A stretch of 64,000 nt of DNA. It comes from Parachlamydiales bacterium (GTDB lineage Bacteria; Chlamydiota; Chlamydiia; Chlamydiales; JAFEGQ01). The notes beneath the pieces were generated by a model that worked only from the letters and a program-made list of their open reading frames with translations, made no database searches and was not told the origin of the DNA. Shown here piece after piece: positions 27,188 through 36,646 of the stretch. Within the stretch, counting starts at the first letter, position 1. Every line of letters begins with the position of its first letter. The stretch covers positions 3,142 through 67,141 of the forward strand of contig JBFWPF010000003.1 of assembly GCA_050250135.1 (NCBI GenBank), given 5' to 3'. A program made the translations under genes and the position numbers.

Positions 27188-28140
27188 GTCAGCTCTTTGT
27201 CTTGTGGGCCACAGGAGGAGGTCGCCAGGGGCTTTACTTTTATAAGCACCTCGCAAGAGAGGCCGGGAAAGAGGTAAAGGGGCTCCCCTTTAGGAAAGTC
27301 ATCGGGCGGGCGGATCGAGATCTTGAGGGGAACTCGCTGCGCCACTTTGGTGTAGTTCCCTGTGGCGTTGTTCTGCGGTACGAGGGAGAACTGGGAGGCG
27401 GCCGCCCCCTTAATCGTGAAGATCTCCCCGTGGAACCGGTAGCCGGGGTAGGCGTCGACCCGGATGTCGACGGGGTCACCTAGGCGGATATTCTCCATCT
27501 TAAACTCCTCAAGGTTGGCGAGGACCCAGACATCCTGGAGGTCATACATGGTGTAGAGGGCCTGCCCAGGGGAGACGACATCCCCAACCCAGACCCACCG
27601 CTTGGCGATCACCCCATCGCGCGGTGCATGGATAGTGTAGTGGACGAGCTGAGCCTCGATCACCTCAAGCTGCCGAACCGCCTGCTCAAGGGCGGCGATC
27701 GAGAGGGCAAGGCCCGCCTCAGCCATCCAAAAGTCCTTCTGCTTGTGGTCGAAGTCCTGGGCCGAGATCACCCGGTCCCCAATCCCCTCTTCGGCCCGGA
27801 TGTAGTCATTGCGAACCTTCTCGAGGAGGGCCTCTTTGACCTTGATCTCCTGCTGCAGCCGGATAATGTTGGCTTCGGCCTCCGCCTTTTGGGCAAGGGG
27901 AACGTTGTTCTGCAGCTGGGCGATCAGCTGCCCCTCCCTTACCGTGTCCCCCTCATCGACGTAGAGGGAGAGGATCCGCTCGGTGACGTTGGAGGTCAGG
28001 TTAGTCTGATAGGCTTCGATGTTGGCGTCGTTGGTCCAGACGACCCGTCGCCACTCAAAGAAAAAGAGGCCGACCGCGACTCCGATGATCACAAGGGCGG
28101 ACAAGCTGATGGCTAGGGTCTTGGGACGGTCTATCGACAT
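27154..28140 (-). CDS. HlyD/EmrA-family membrane fusion (periplasmic adaptor) protein
   Basis: A single N-terminal TM is followed by a lipoyl-like segment (YVDEGDTVREGQLIAQL), a coiled-coil hairpin and a beta-barrel end. Confidence 0.85.
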   Translation of the reverse strand: MSIDRPKTLAISLSALVIIGVAVGLFFFEWRRVVWTNDANIEAYQTNLTSNVTERILSLYVDEGDTVREGQLIAQLQNNVPLAQKAEAEANIIRLQQEIKVKEALLEKVRNDYIRAEEGIGDRVISAQDFDHKQKDFWMAEAGLALSIAALEQAVRQLEVIEAQLVHYTIHAPRDGVIAKRWVWVGDVVSPGQALYTMYDLQDVWVLANLEEFKMENIRLGDPVDIRVDAYPGYRFHGEIFTIKGAAASQFSLVPQNNATGNYTKVAQRVPLKISIRPPDDFPKGEPLYLFPGLSCEVLIKVKPLATSSCGPQDKELTCPLDGPSLSS

Positions 28141-29618
28141 CGCAAATCGGCTCCGCTGGCGTGGATGAGGCCGTAGTAACCCGCCATCAGGTCGAACTCG
28201 GCCCGGTTGCGGATGTTGAGGGCGTCGATCAGGTTGTCCACCACGATCTGGTAGTCAAAGACGGTGATGTAGCCGATCTCAAGCTGGCTCTTGGCCAGAT
28301 CGAGGGTCTGCTGAGCGAGCCGGACATTCGATTCGGCAGTCACAAAACTGGCCACCCCATCCTCTATTTCAAATATTTGCTTTCTTACGTCCTCATAGGC
28401 CATCTGGACACTTTTCTGGTACTCAAACTGTTTGGCGCTCCGGTTGTGGATCGCCTTTGAGATCCGGTAACGCCGCCCGAAGCCGTCAAAAAGGAGCCAC
28501 TTGACGCTGTAGCCGAGCCCCCAGGAGAAGCTCTGGTTAAAGAAATTGGAGGTGGGGGTGTCAAGCATCTTGGTGGGGTAGCCTCCGTAGTTAAACTCCA
28601 GGTTGATCTGAGGCCAGTACTCCCCCCGCTGCTTGCCCACCTCCTCTTGCGCGATCCGAACTTCGGTCCGTGCCTCGGCCAGTTCGGGGCGGTAGGTGAG
28701 GGCAAGCCCCTCCCACGAGGCGACCTCGCTTGGCGAGAAGAGAGTGGCCATGAGCCGCTCTTGAGTGATCGGGTATCCCTTTTTGTAGATGGGCCCCTCG
28801 GGATCCCCCTCCTCAAAGAGGGCGGCCATCCGGTCGACCTTGGTGGCCAGTTCGGGGATGGAGCCGATCGGGATCCCCTCGGAACCGATCTCCACCTCCA
28901 CCTTGCCGGGGTCGTAGCCGAGGACCCGGACAAAGGCATCGAGGTCGACCCGGTAGCGCTTGATCGCATCGTAGTAGACCGAGGAGGCGTTGGCGACGGC
29001 CACCTTGCTCTGGTTGACGTTGAGGAGGATGGTGGTGCCGATCTTGTAGTCGGCCTGCTCCTGGACAGCAAGGCTGGTGAGGAGCTCTATCTTCTGCTTC
29101 GCCGTCTCCACCGTCTCCCGATCGTAAACGAGCTGGTAGTAGAGGGTCCGGGTCTGGAAGAGGATGTCGATGGTGGCGGCGTTGAGGAGGGCCCTCATCT
29201 GCTGGACGATCAGCCCCGCTATTTTGGCGTCGAACCACTTGTCGGTCGAGATCAGCGCCTGGGTTGTGTTGAGCTGGGTGAGAAAAGCGCTGCGAGCATT
29301 GGCGAACATCACCACCTCCTCCGCCTTGTAGCCGAGGCTGACCAAATTGAGTTCAGGGAGCCATTTGGAGAGGGCATCGAGCCTCCCCTGCTGTGCCCGC
29401 ATCAGAAGCTGCCTCATCCGGTGGAGGTCGGGGTTGTGGGAGAGGGCAATCGCCTCGGCCTCCTCAAGGGTCACGGTGCCTAGGGGGCAGGGGTCCTCTG
29501 GGGGGCAACAAGGGGGCGGAGCGGGGCGACAGCACGGGGTAGGGGGCGAGTAGGAGGGAGTACGGGGGCCACAGCCCGACAGGACCAACAGAAAGAGCAG
29601 CCACCCGATTCTTCTCAT
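28131..29618 (-). CDS. TolC-family outer-membrane efflux lipoprotein
   Basis: A lipobox is present (LLVLSGC). The helical halves show the two-fold repeat typical of OEP/TolC proteins. Confidence 0.8.
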   Translation of the reverse strand: MRRIGWLLFLLVLSGCGPRTPSYSPPTPCCRPAPPPCCPPEDPCPLGTVTLEEAEAIALSHNPDLHRMRQLLMRAQQGRLDALSKWLPELNLVSLGYKAEEVVMFANARSAFLTQLNTTQALISTDKWFDAKIAGLIVQQMRALLNAATIDILFQTRTLYYQLVYDRETVETAKQKIELLTSLAVQEQADYKIGTTILLNVNQSKVAVANASSVYYDAIKRYRVDLDAFVRVLGYDPGKVEVEIGSEGIPIGSIPELATKVDRMAALFEEGDPEGPIYKKGYPITQERLMATLFSPSEVASWEGLALTYRPELAEARTEVRIAQEEVGKQRGEYWPQINLEFNYGGYPTKMLDTPTSNFFNQSFSWGLGYSVKWLLFDGFGRRYRISKAIHNRSAKQFEYQKSVQMAYEDVRKQIFEIEDGVASFVTAESNVRLAQQTLDLAKSQLEIGYITVFDYQIVVDNLIDALNIRNRAEFDLMAGYYGLIHASGADLRCR

Positions 29619-29700
29619 ATTAAATTATTTTCTTACATATCAGGGGTTGATTGGCAAGCGGTTATCGTTTAGGCTGTCACCGCGATAACGGAGCTTGAAA

Positions 29701-29847
29701 CCTCTGATTGCAACCTATCGTCCTGAGGGCACCCACAGTGGGCAGTCATCTGGAGCACATCCCTCCTCACCCGGGTTTACAAACCCGGCCTCGTCGCGAG
29801 GTGCGCTACCTGACCACCCCCTCAGGACGATAGGTCACAACCAGAGG
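29701..29847 (-). repeat. Family-A element, copy A3 (147 bp, diverged termini)
   Basis: The termini are CCTCTGATTGCAACCTATCGTCC and GGACGATAGGTCACAACCAGAGG. The interior matches A2 apart from a ~10-bp deletion. Confidence 0.85.
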
Positions 29848-29854
29848 TGAAACG

Positions 29855-31429
29855 ATGCGTAAACTCCTTCTCCTCCTCCTGCTGGTATGCTGCCAAACCG
29901 CCCCCGTCAAAAGAGAGGGGGTGCGGATCAACCTCTTTACCGATCCCACTGCTCTCGACCCTCGCCTAGCCGAAGGGATGGGGAGCAACACGGTCGTCCT
30001 CGAGCTTTTTGAGGGGCTGGTTCGGATCGGCCCGAGTGGGGAGCCCGAGCTGGCGCTAGCAAAGGAGGTGACGGTCAGTGAGGATGGGCTCGAATACACC
30101 TTCACCTTGCGCCCCTCGAAATGGTCAAACGGGGAGCCCCTTACGGCTCAGGATTTTGTTTTTGGATGGAAGGAGGCGCTGCGGCCCGACTTCCCCTCCG
30201 AGTGTGCCTACCTGCTGTTTGAGATCGAGGGGGCGCGGGAGGCTAAGCTGGACGGGGCATCCCCCGATGGGATCGGCGTCTGGGCCGAGGGGCCCCACAT
30301 TCTGCATGTCCGCCTCACCCATCCGGCTCCCTACTTCCTCCACTTAACCACCAACTCCCTCTATTTTCCGATCAATCGGAAGGCGGCAAAGCGCCATCCC
30401 CGCTGGGCCGACCGGCCGGGCCCCCACTTTGTGACGAACGGCCCCTTTAAGTTGGTGAAGTGGGAGCATGGGGCGGAGCTGGTTACGGTGAAAAATCCCC
30501 ATTACTGGGCAGCCGATGAGGTGACGATCGAGGAGATCCACCACTCGATGATCGACAACTCGACGACCGAGATCACCATGTTTGAGCAGAAGGAGCTCGA
30601 CTGGGCCGGCGGGCCGATGTCGATGCTCCCCTACGACGCGATCCCCTCTCTGCGGGAGGAATTTGGGGTCGAGGTCTTCGGGATCGATGCGGTCTACTGG
30701 TACCAGTTCAACACCAGTCACCCCCTCCTCAAAAACCGGAAAATCCGGCAGGCGCTCGCCTACTCGGTCAGGCGGGATGAGCTGGCCCGAAACCTTGCCA
30801 AGGGGGCCCACCAGCCCGCCACCGGCCTCATCCCTCCTAATATCGTGCGCAAAGGGCGGGACTACCTGGGCGGGAGGGGCGACGAGGAGATCCAAGCCCT
30901 TTTTGCCGAGGGACTTGAAGAGGTTGGGATGGCGGGAGAGCGCCTCCCGACCCTAACCCTTAGCACAAATATCTCGGAGGACCACCTCAAGCTCGCCCAG
31001 GCGATGCAGCACCGGTGGCACACCCTCTTTGGGCTCACCGTCAACATCGACCCCTCCGAGTGGAAGGTCCACCTCGGCAAGCTCCACACCGGCTCCTACG
31101 ACATCGGCCGCTTTGGGTGGTATGCCAATTACCGCGACGGGGTCGACTTCCTTAACCGCTTCCGCTTCCCCAGCTGTAAAAGGACCTGCGAGGGGTGGGA
31201 TCAGGAGAGCTTTGCCCACTTTGTCGACCGGATCGACTGGTGCGCCGACAGGGGCTGCCGAGACCGGCTTATCGCCGAGGCCGAGGGGTGGCTAATGGAG
31301 GAGATGCCCGTTGTTCCCCTCTTCTTTCTCAACTTCAACTATATGAAGCACCCCGATCTCAAGGGGACCGTCTTCAGCCCATTTGGACGGGTCGATTTTC
31401 GTTGGGCTTTTTGGGAAAGATCTGTTTAA
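29855..31429 (+). CDS. oppA: ABC transporter substrate-binding protein, family 5 (oligopeptide type)
   Basis: A signal sequence MRKLLLLLLLVCC is present with SBP_bac_5 blocks (WSNGEPLTAQDF, NPHYW). It is the first gene of the permease/ATPase operon. Confidence 0.85.
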   Translation: MRKLLLLLLLVCCQTAPVKREGVRINLFTDPTALDPRLAEGMGSNTVVLELFEGLVRIGPSGEPELALAKEVTVSEDGLEYTFTLRPSKWSNGEPLTAQDFVFGWKEALRPDFPSECAYLLFEIEGAREAKLDGASPDGIGVWAEGPHILHVRLTHPAPYFLHLTTNSLYFPINRKAAKRHPRWADRPGPHFVTNGPFKLVKWEHGAELVTVKNPHYWAADEVTIEEIHHSMIDNSTTEITMFEQKELDWAGGPMSMLPYDAIPSLREEFGVEVFGIDAVYWYQFNTSHPLLKNRKIRQALAYSVRRDELARNLAKGAHQPATGLIPPNIVRKGRDYLGGRGDEEIQALFAEGLEEVGMAGERLPTLTLSTNISEDHLKLAQAMQHRWHTLFGLTVNIDPSEWKVHLGKLHTGSYDIGRFGWYANYRDGVDFLNRFRFPSCKRTCEGWDQESFAHFVDRIDWCADRGCRDRLIAEAEGWLMEEMPVVPLFFLNFNYMKHPDLKGTVFSPFGRVDFRWAFWERSV

Positions 31430-31460
31430 ATGGCCTTTGACTTTTGTGGGGTAGTTTCCC

Positions 31461-32402
31461 GTGAGTTTCCGATTTTTTGGGAAAAAATGTGCCATCCTTC
31501 TCGTCGCCCTCTGGTTGATCGCCACGGTAACCTTTTTTCTGATGAAGGCGATCCCGGGCGACCCCTTTACCCAAGAGCAGGCGATCCCTGAGGAGATCCT
31601 CAAGGCCCTCCGCCACCACTACCACCTCGACGACCCCTGGTACTCCCAGTACGGCCACTACCTGAAGTCGCTCCTCACTTGGGACTTGGGACCCTCCTTT
31701 AAGTACAAGTCGCGCACCGTTAATGAGATCATCGCTCAAGGGTTTCCCGTGTCGGCAGCGCTTGGGCTGCAGGCCTTTTGCATCGCCTTGGGATCGGGTG
31801 TGCTCCTTGGCGTCATCGCCGCTGTAAAGCGGGGAAAGTGGCAGGATTACCTGTGCATGGGATCGGCTGTCTTGGGCCTCTCGGTCCCCAGCTTTCTCTT
31901 AGCGACCTTTCTCCAGTACCTCTTTGCGATCAAGCTTGGGATACTCCCCGTCGCCCGCTGGGGAACCTTTGCCCAATCGATCCTCCCCACCTGGTCCCTT
32001 GCGGCCCTGCCGACCGCCTTTATTGCCCGTCTGACCCGCTCGGGAATGCTCGAGGTTCTGCGGCAGGACTACATCCTGACCGCTAGGGCGAAGGGGCTCG
32101 GCGAGCCGGCCATCCTGATCCGCCACGCCCTCCGAAACGCCTTCCTTCCCGTCCTCACCTACCTCGGCCCCCTCCTCGCGAACATCCTGTGCGGCAGCTT
32201 TGTGGTGGAAAAGATCTTTGGCATTCCTGGCCTAGGGCAGTGGTTTGTCACCGCCGTCACCAACCGGGACTACACCGTGATCATGGGGATGACTGTTTTC
32301 TATAGCGCCATACTCCTTACCGCCGTCTTCTTGGTCGACCTCTCCTATGGCGTACTCGATCCCCGGATCCGCACCCCAAGGCGGAGGGAGTCCCCAGGAT
32401 GA
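31461..32402 (+). CDS. oppB: Oligopeptide ABC transporter permease
   Basis: The N-terminus is of the BPD_transp_1 type (LMKAIPGDPF), and the EAA-like loop reads DYILTARAKGL. Confidence 0.9.
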   Translation: MSFRFFGKKCAILLVALWLIATVTFFLMKAIPGDPFTQEQAIPEEILKALRHHYHLDDPWYSQYGHYLKSLLTWDLGPSFKYKSRTVNEIIAQGFPVSAALGLQAFCIALGSGVLLGVIAAVKRGKWQDYLCMGSAVLGLSVPSFLLATFLQYLFAIKLGILPVARWGTFAQSILPTWSLAALPTAFIARLTRSGMLEVLRQDYILTARAKGLGEPAILIRHALRNAFLPVLTYLGPLLANILCGSFVVEKIFGIPGLGQWFVTAVTNRDYTVIMGMTVFYSAILLTAVFLVDLSYGVLDPRIRTPRRRESPG

Positions 32403-33361
32403 GTGTGGAAGCTGAGATCAAATCCCCTTCCCTGGAGGAGACACTAGAGGCCCTTCAGGAGGAGACCCTCTTCCAGCCTTTAAGGAGAACCCAAGAGCCC
32501 CCCTTAGGACCTGCCGGCCCCAGCCTCTCCTATTGGGCCGATGTCTGGCACCGCTTTAGGGGGCACAAGCCCGCGATAGTCAGCCTGTGCGCCCTCCTCT
32601 TGCTCATGCTCTTTGCCCTCTTTGCCCCCCTCTTCTCGAGCTACACCTTCTACGAGACCCACCTTGAGCTCAACAACCTCTCCCCCTGCAAGATGTTCTG
32701 GTTCGGCAGCGACGACCTAGGGCGCGACATGTTTGTCCGGATCTGGACCGGCGCCCGGATCTCCCTCTTCATCGGCGTGACAGCGGCAGGGATCGACCTC
32801 ATCCTCGGTGTCTTGTGGGGAGGGACCGCCGCCCTCGCTGGGGGGAAGATCGATGAGGTGATGATGCGGGTCGCCGATGTCCTCTACGCCATCCCCTACC
32901 TGCTGATCGTGATCATGCTCATGGTCGTGATGGGCCCGGGCCTCCTCACCATCATCATCGCCATGAGCATCACCGGCTGGATCGGCATGGCCCGGCTCGT
33001 CCGGGGCCAAGTGCTCCAGCTCAAGCAAAGGACCTTTGTCCAAGCCGCCGTTGCCCTCGGCGCAAGCGGCCCCCGCATCCTCTGGAAGCACCTCATCCCC
33101 AACACAATGGGCCCCATCATTGTGATGATGACCCTCACCATCCCCACCGCCATCTTCACCGAAGCCTTCCTCAGCTTCCTCGGCCTCGGCGTGCAGGCCC
33201 CCATCGCCAGTTGGGGAACCATGGCCGCAGAGTCGCTCTCCGCTATGCGCTACTACCCCTGGCGCCTCTTCTTCCCCGCCGGCTTTATCTCCGGGACTAT
33301 GCTCGCCCTTTATATCGTCGGAGATGGACTCCGCGACGCCGTTGACCCGAGGATGCGATGA
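32399..33361 (+). CDS. oppC: Oligopeptide ABC transporter permease
   Basis: OppC-type blocks are present: FWFGSDDLGRDMFVRIW and FVQAAVALGAS. The start overlaps oppB by 4 nt. Confidence 0.9.
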   Translation: MSVEAEIKSPSLEETLEALQEETLFQPLRRTQEPPLGPAGPSLSYWADVWHRFRGHKPAIVSLCALLLLMLFALFAPLFSSYTFYETHLELNNLSPCKMFWFGSDDLGRDMFVRIWTGARISLFIGVTAAGIDLILGVLWGGTAALAGGKIDEVMMRVADVLYAIPYLLIVIMLMVVMGPGLLTIIIAMSITGWIGMARLVRGQVLQLKQRTFVQAAVALGASGPRILWKHLIPNTMGPIIVMMTLTIPTAIFTEAFLSFLGLGVQAPIASWGTMAAESLSAMRYYPWRLFFPAGFISGTMLALYIVGDGLRDAVDPRMR

Positions 33362-34353
33362 CCCCATTGCTGGAAGTTGAAGACCTGCGAGTTACCTTTC
33401 AGACCCGCTACGCCACCATCGAGGCGGTACGGGGGATCGGCTTTGCTGTGCGGGAGGGAGAGACCCTCGCCATCGTCGGTGAGTCGGGATCGGGAAAGAC
33501 CGCCGCCGCTCTCGCGATCGCTGACCTCCTCTCTAAAGAGGGCTCGCTAGTTAAAGGAAAAATTTTACTTCAAGGGGTAGACCTCCTCTCCCTCCCCACC
33601 CGAGCCCGCCGCCACGCCCGTGGGGGGCAGATGGGGGTGGTCTTTCAGGACCCCATGACCTCCCTAAACCCGCTGATGAAGATCGGTCGCCAAATCACCG
33701 AGACGATCCGCCATCGGAAGGGGGTCACGCGCGACGAGGCCAAGCGGCGGGCCTGCAGGCTTTTGGAGCGGGTTGGGATTGCCGAGGCCGACCGCCGTTT
33801 CAACCAGTATCCCCATGAGTTTAGTGGCGGGATGAGGCAGCGGGTGATGATCGCACTTGCCCTCGCCTGCGAGCCCAAACTCCTGATCGCCGACGAGCCG
33901 ACGACCGCCCTCGATGTGACCATTCAGGCGCAGATCCTCGAGCTCCTCCAAACGGTGCAGCGGGAGTCAGGGACCAGCATCCTCCTCATCACCCACGATC
34001 TGGGCGTAGTCGCGCAGGTAGCCGACCGGATGGTGGTGATGTATGCGGGGCAGATCGCCGAGCAAGGGAAAACCGAGCCCCTCTTTGCTGCGCCCGCCCA
34101 TCCCTACACCCGGGCCCTTCTCGCTTCGGTTCCACGAGGGGGCCTCCAGGCGATCATCCCGGGCTCCCCTCCCGATCTCTCCCACCCCCCTCCCGGCTGC
34201 CCCTTTGCCCCCCGCTGCCCCTACGCCATGGGGATCTGCAAGCAGCGGAGGAGCAGCCCCTACTCCCTTAGCCCCAACCAGATCAGTAGCTGCTGGCTCC
34301 ACCATCCCAAAGCGAAAGGGCAGCGGGAGCTCTTTCTACAGGAGAAGAGATGA
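33358..34353 (+). CDS. oppD: Oligopeptide ABC transporter ATP-binding protein
   Basis: Walker A GESGSGKT, signature FSGGMRQR, Walker [13 protein letters not shown], and an oligopeptide C-terminal Cys motif. Confidence 0.9.
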   Translation: MTPLLEVEDLRVTFQTRYATIEAVRGIGFAVREGETLAIVGESGSGKTAAALAIADLLSKEGSLVKGKILLQGVDLLSLPTRARRHARGGQMGVVFQDPMTSLNPLMKIGRQITETIRHRKGVTRDEAKRRACRLLERVGIAEADRRFNQYPHEFSGGMRQRVMIALALACEPKLLIADEPTTALDVTIQAQILELLQTVQRESGTSILLITHDLGVVAQVADRMVVMYAGQIAEQGKTEPLFAAPAHPYTRALLASVPRGGLQAIIPGSPPDLSHPPPGCPFAPRCPYAMGICKQRRSSPYSLSPNQISSCWLHHPKAKGQRELFLQEKR

Positions 34354-35363
34354 TCCCACTCCTGTCGGCCCGAGACCTTAAGAAGGTCTACCGCAGCAGA
34401 CGGGGGCGCCTCCAGGCGGTCTCGGGTGTGAGCTTCGACATTTTCCCCGGAGAGGTCCTTGGCCTTGTCGGCGAGAGTGGGTGTGGAAAATCGACCGTTG
34501 CCAAGATGCTGATGCGGCTGACCGAGCCCTCGAGTGGAGAGATCACCTTCTCTGGCCAGGATCTCTTAGCGATCCCCAAGCGGCGCCTCCCCCCGATCCG
34601 CCAGCAGATCCAGATGGTCTTTCAGGACCCCCATGCCGCCCTCAATCCGAGGATGTCGATCCGCGACGCCATCGCCGAGCCCCTAGATATCCACCGGCTC
34701 GCTAAGGGTAGGGAGAGGGAGGCGCGGATTCTCGAGCTCCTTAGCCTGGTCGGCCTCCGCCCCGACTGCCTTGAGCGCTACCCCCACGAGTTTAGCGGCG
34801 GCCAGCGGCAGCGGATCGGGATCGCCCGCGCCCTTGCCTCCAATCCCCGCTTCCTGATCTGCGACGAGCCGGTCTCTGCCCTCGACCTCTCCATTCAGGC
34901 TCAGGTGATCCGCCTCCTCCAGCGGCTCCAGCAGGAGATGGCCCTCACCTACCTCTTTATCACCCACAACCTCGACGTTGTCCGCCTAATCTCCAACCGA
35001 GTTGGGGTGATGTACCTCGGCCAACTCGTGGAGATCGCCTCGACTGAAAAGCTCTTTGCCACCCCCCTCCACCCCTATACCCGCGCCCTCCTCTCGGCCA
35101 TTCCCATCGCCGATCCCGTAGCCGAACGGAAGCGCTCACGGATCGTCCTCCCTGGTGAACCCCCTAGTGCCCTCGCCCCTCCAAGCGGCTGCCGCTTTCA
35201 TACCCGTTGCCCTATGGCGACCAAACGGTGTAGAATCGAAAGGCCGAAATGGATCGAGATGGGAGGGGGCCACAAGGTCGCCTGCCATCTCTATCAACAG
35301 GAGGGTGCCCTTGTTCAAATATCTCCTTATTCTCCTCCCAACGCTCCTGTGGGGGACACCTGA
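34350..35363 (+). CDS. oppF: Oligopeptide ABC transporter ATP-binding protein
   Basis: Walker A GESGCGKST, signature FSGGQRQR, Walker B FLICDEPVSALD. Confidence 0.9.
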   Translation: MIPLLSARDLKKVYRSRRGRLQAVSGVSFDIFPGEVLGLVGESGCGKSTVAKMLMRLTEPSSGEITFSGQDLLAIPKRRLPPIRQQIQMVFQDPHAALNPRMSIRDAIAEPLDIHRLAKGREREARILELLSLVGLRPDCLERYPHEFSGGQRQRIGIARALASNPRFLICDEPVSALDLSIQAQVIRLLQRLQQEMALTYLFITHNLDVVRLISNRVGVMYLGQLVEIASTEKLFATPLHPYTRALLSAIPIADPVAERKRSRIVLPGEPPSALAPPSGCRFHTRCPMATKRCRIERPKWIEMGGGHKVACHLYQQEGALVQISPYSPPNAPVGDT

Positions 35364-36612
35364 GCCCCGCATGGGCGAGCTCCCCGGGGCCCTCCACACC
35401 TATGTTTGGGAGGTCTCTTCCGCCGATCCGATCGAGCTGCACCTGATCGTGCCCGTCGGGCCGGTCCATGAGAAGGAGAGGGAGGCGGGGGCCGCCTACG
35501 CCCTCTTCCATCTTGTTCAGCTCAGCAGCGGCCGCCACTCTCCCGAAGAGCTTGCCACCTTTTACCAAGAGATCGGCCACAACCCGTGGGCCGACTTTCG
35601 GGGCGAGCATCTCGACCACCTCCCCTTTCGCCTCCGGATCCCTCTCGACAAGGCCCATCTTATGCCGCGCGCCCTTGAGATCATGGCCGATTGGCTCTGG
35701 GGGTGGAGCCCCGACCCCGCTCAGTACGAAGAGCTCGCCCGCCGGGAGGCGGGGCCCCTCCCTCCCCTTGAAACCTTGGTCGAGTTCTACAACACCACCT
35801 TTCTCTCCCTCCCTGCTGCCGTTATTGCGGCCGGCGACTTTGATGGGGAGGCGACCGAGCAGCTGATCGGCTCGGCCTTTGCCACCCCGCCCGCCAGCGA
35901 TTTGGGACCCGTCTCCCTCCCTGTCCACCGCTCGATCTCCCCTGCCCAATGGAAGGTCACCCTCGGCCTCCTTTCCGAACAGGAGGGGGTCACCCGGATG
36001 AGCGTCAATCTCCTTATGCCGACCGCCATCCCTCTTCCCCTTGAGCCCCGCCAATTTGTGGCCATCGCCCTCCTCAGCTACCACCTCCGCCACCACCTTG
36101 GGCAGCAGCTCGGGTGGAGTGACACCCAGCAGGGCTCCATCAGGGGGGGGATAGGCTCTCCCACCCGCTCCTGCCTCTTTTACGGCCTCTCCTTCAAGTG
36201 CACCGGCGATCAGTTCCTCCCCTTTATGGAGGCGCTTGAGAGGGAGCTTGGCCGAATCCAGCGGGGGGAGGTCTCCGAAAAGGAGCTTGGGCCGATCCTC
36301 TCCGAGCTTGACCTTGAGGTGAGGGAGCTTCTCAGCCAGCTTCCCCCTGTCCAATACGCCGACGATTCGACCGGCCATTTTTTGGGCACTCAGTTTCTCC
36401 CTACGCCGGCCAACATCGCCGCTATCTACCGGGTCCTGGCCACCATTGAGAGCGACCAGCTTCAGCGCTTTACCGAGGGCCTTGTTCCCCTTTCTCAATC
36501 GTGGCTCAAGATCAGCGCCAAAGGGGGAGAGGGGTCGATCGAAGAGCTGCAAGGGCTTATCACTGCCCTGGCTGAGCAATTGGGGGTAGCCTCTTTAGAC
36601 GATGAGGAGTAG
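35311..36612 (+). CDS. M16 (insulinase)-like protein lacking the HxxEH zinc motif, probably non-catalytic and secreted
   Basis: A TTG start at 35311, 6 nt after AGGAGG, gives the signal-like N-terminus FKYLLILLPTLLWG. The motif position reads YALFHLVQL instead of HxxEH. An alternative ATG lies at 35371. The track ORF starts at 35155, inside oppF. Confidence 0.55.
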   Translation: MFKYLLILLPTLLWGTPEPRMGELPGALHTYVWEVSSADPIELHLIVPVGPVHEKEREAGAAYALFHLVQLSSGRHSPEELATFYQEIGHNPWADFRGEHLDHLPFRLRIPLDKAHLMPRALEIMADWLWGWSPDPAQYEELARREAGPLPPLETLVEFYNTTFLSLPAAVIAAGDFDGEATEQLIGSAFATPPASDLGPVSLPVHRSISPAQWKVTLGLLSEQEGVTRMSVNLLMPTAIPLPLEPRQFVAIALLSYHLRHHLGQQLGWSDTQQGSIRGGIGSPTRSCLFYGLSFKCTGDQFLPFMEALERELGRIQRGEVSEKELGPILSELDLEVRELLSQLPPVQYADDSTGHFLGTQFLPTPANIAAIYRVLATIESDQLQRFTEGLVPLSQSWLKISAKGGEGSIEELQGLITALAEQLGVASLDDEE

Positions 36613-36646
36613 ACTCTCCGTTGAATCCAAAGGGGGCGACCTCTAG

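Noticed and set aside
35212-36579. 455-aa minus-strand track ORF
   Set aside because: It is antisense to the M16-like gene. Its composition is dominated by G, R, P, L and A, with no motifs. This is a typical long open antisense frame in GC-rich DNA.
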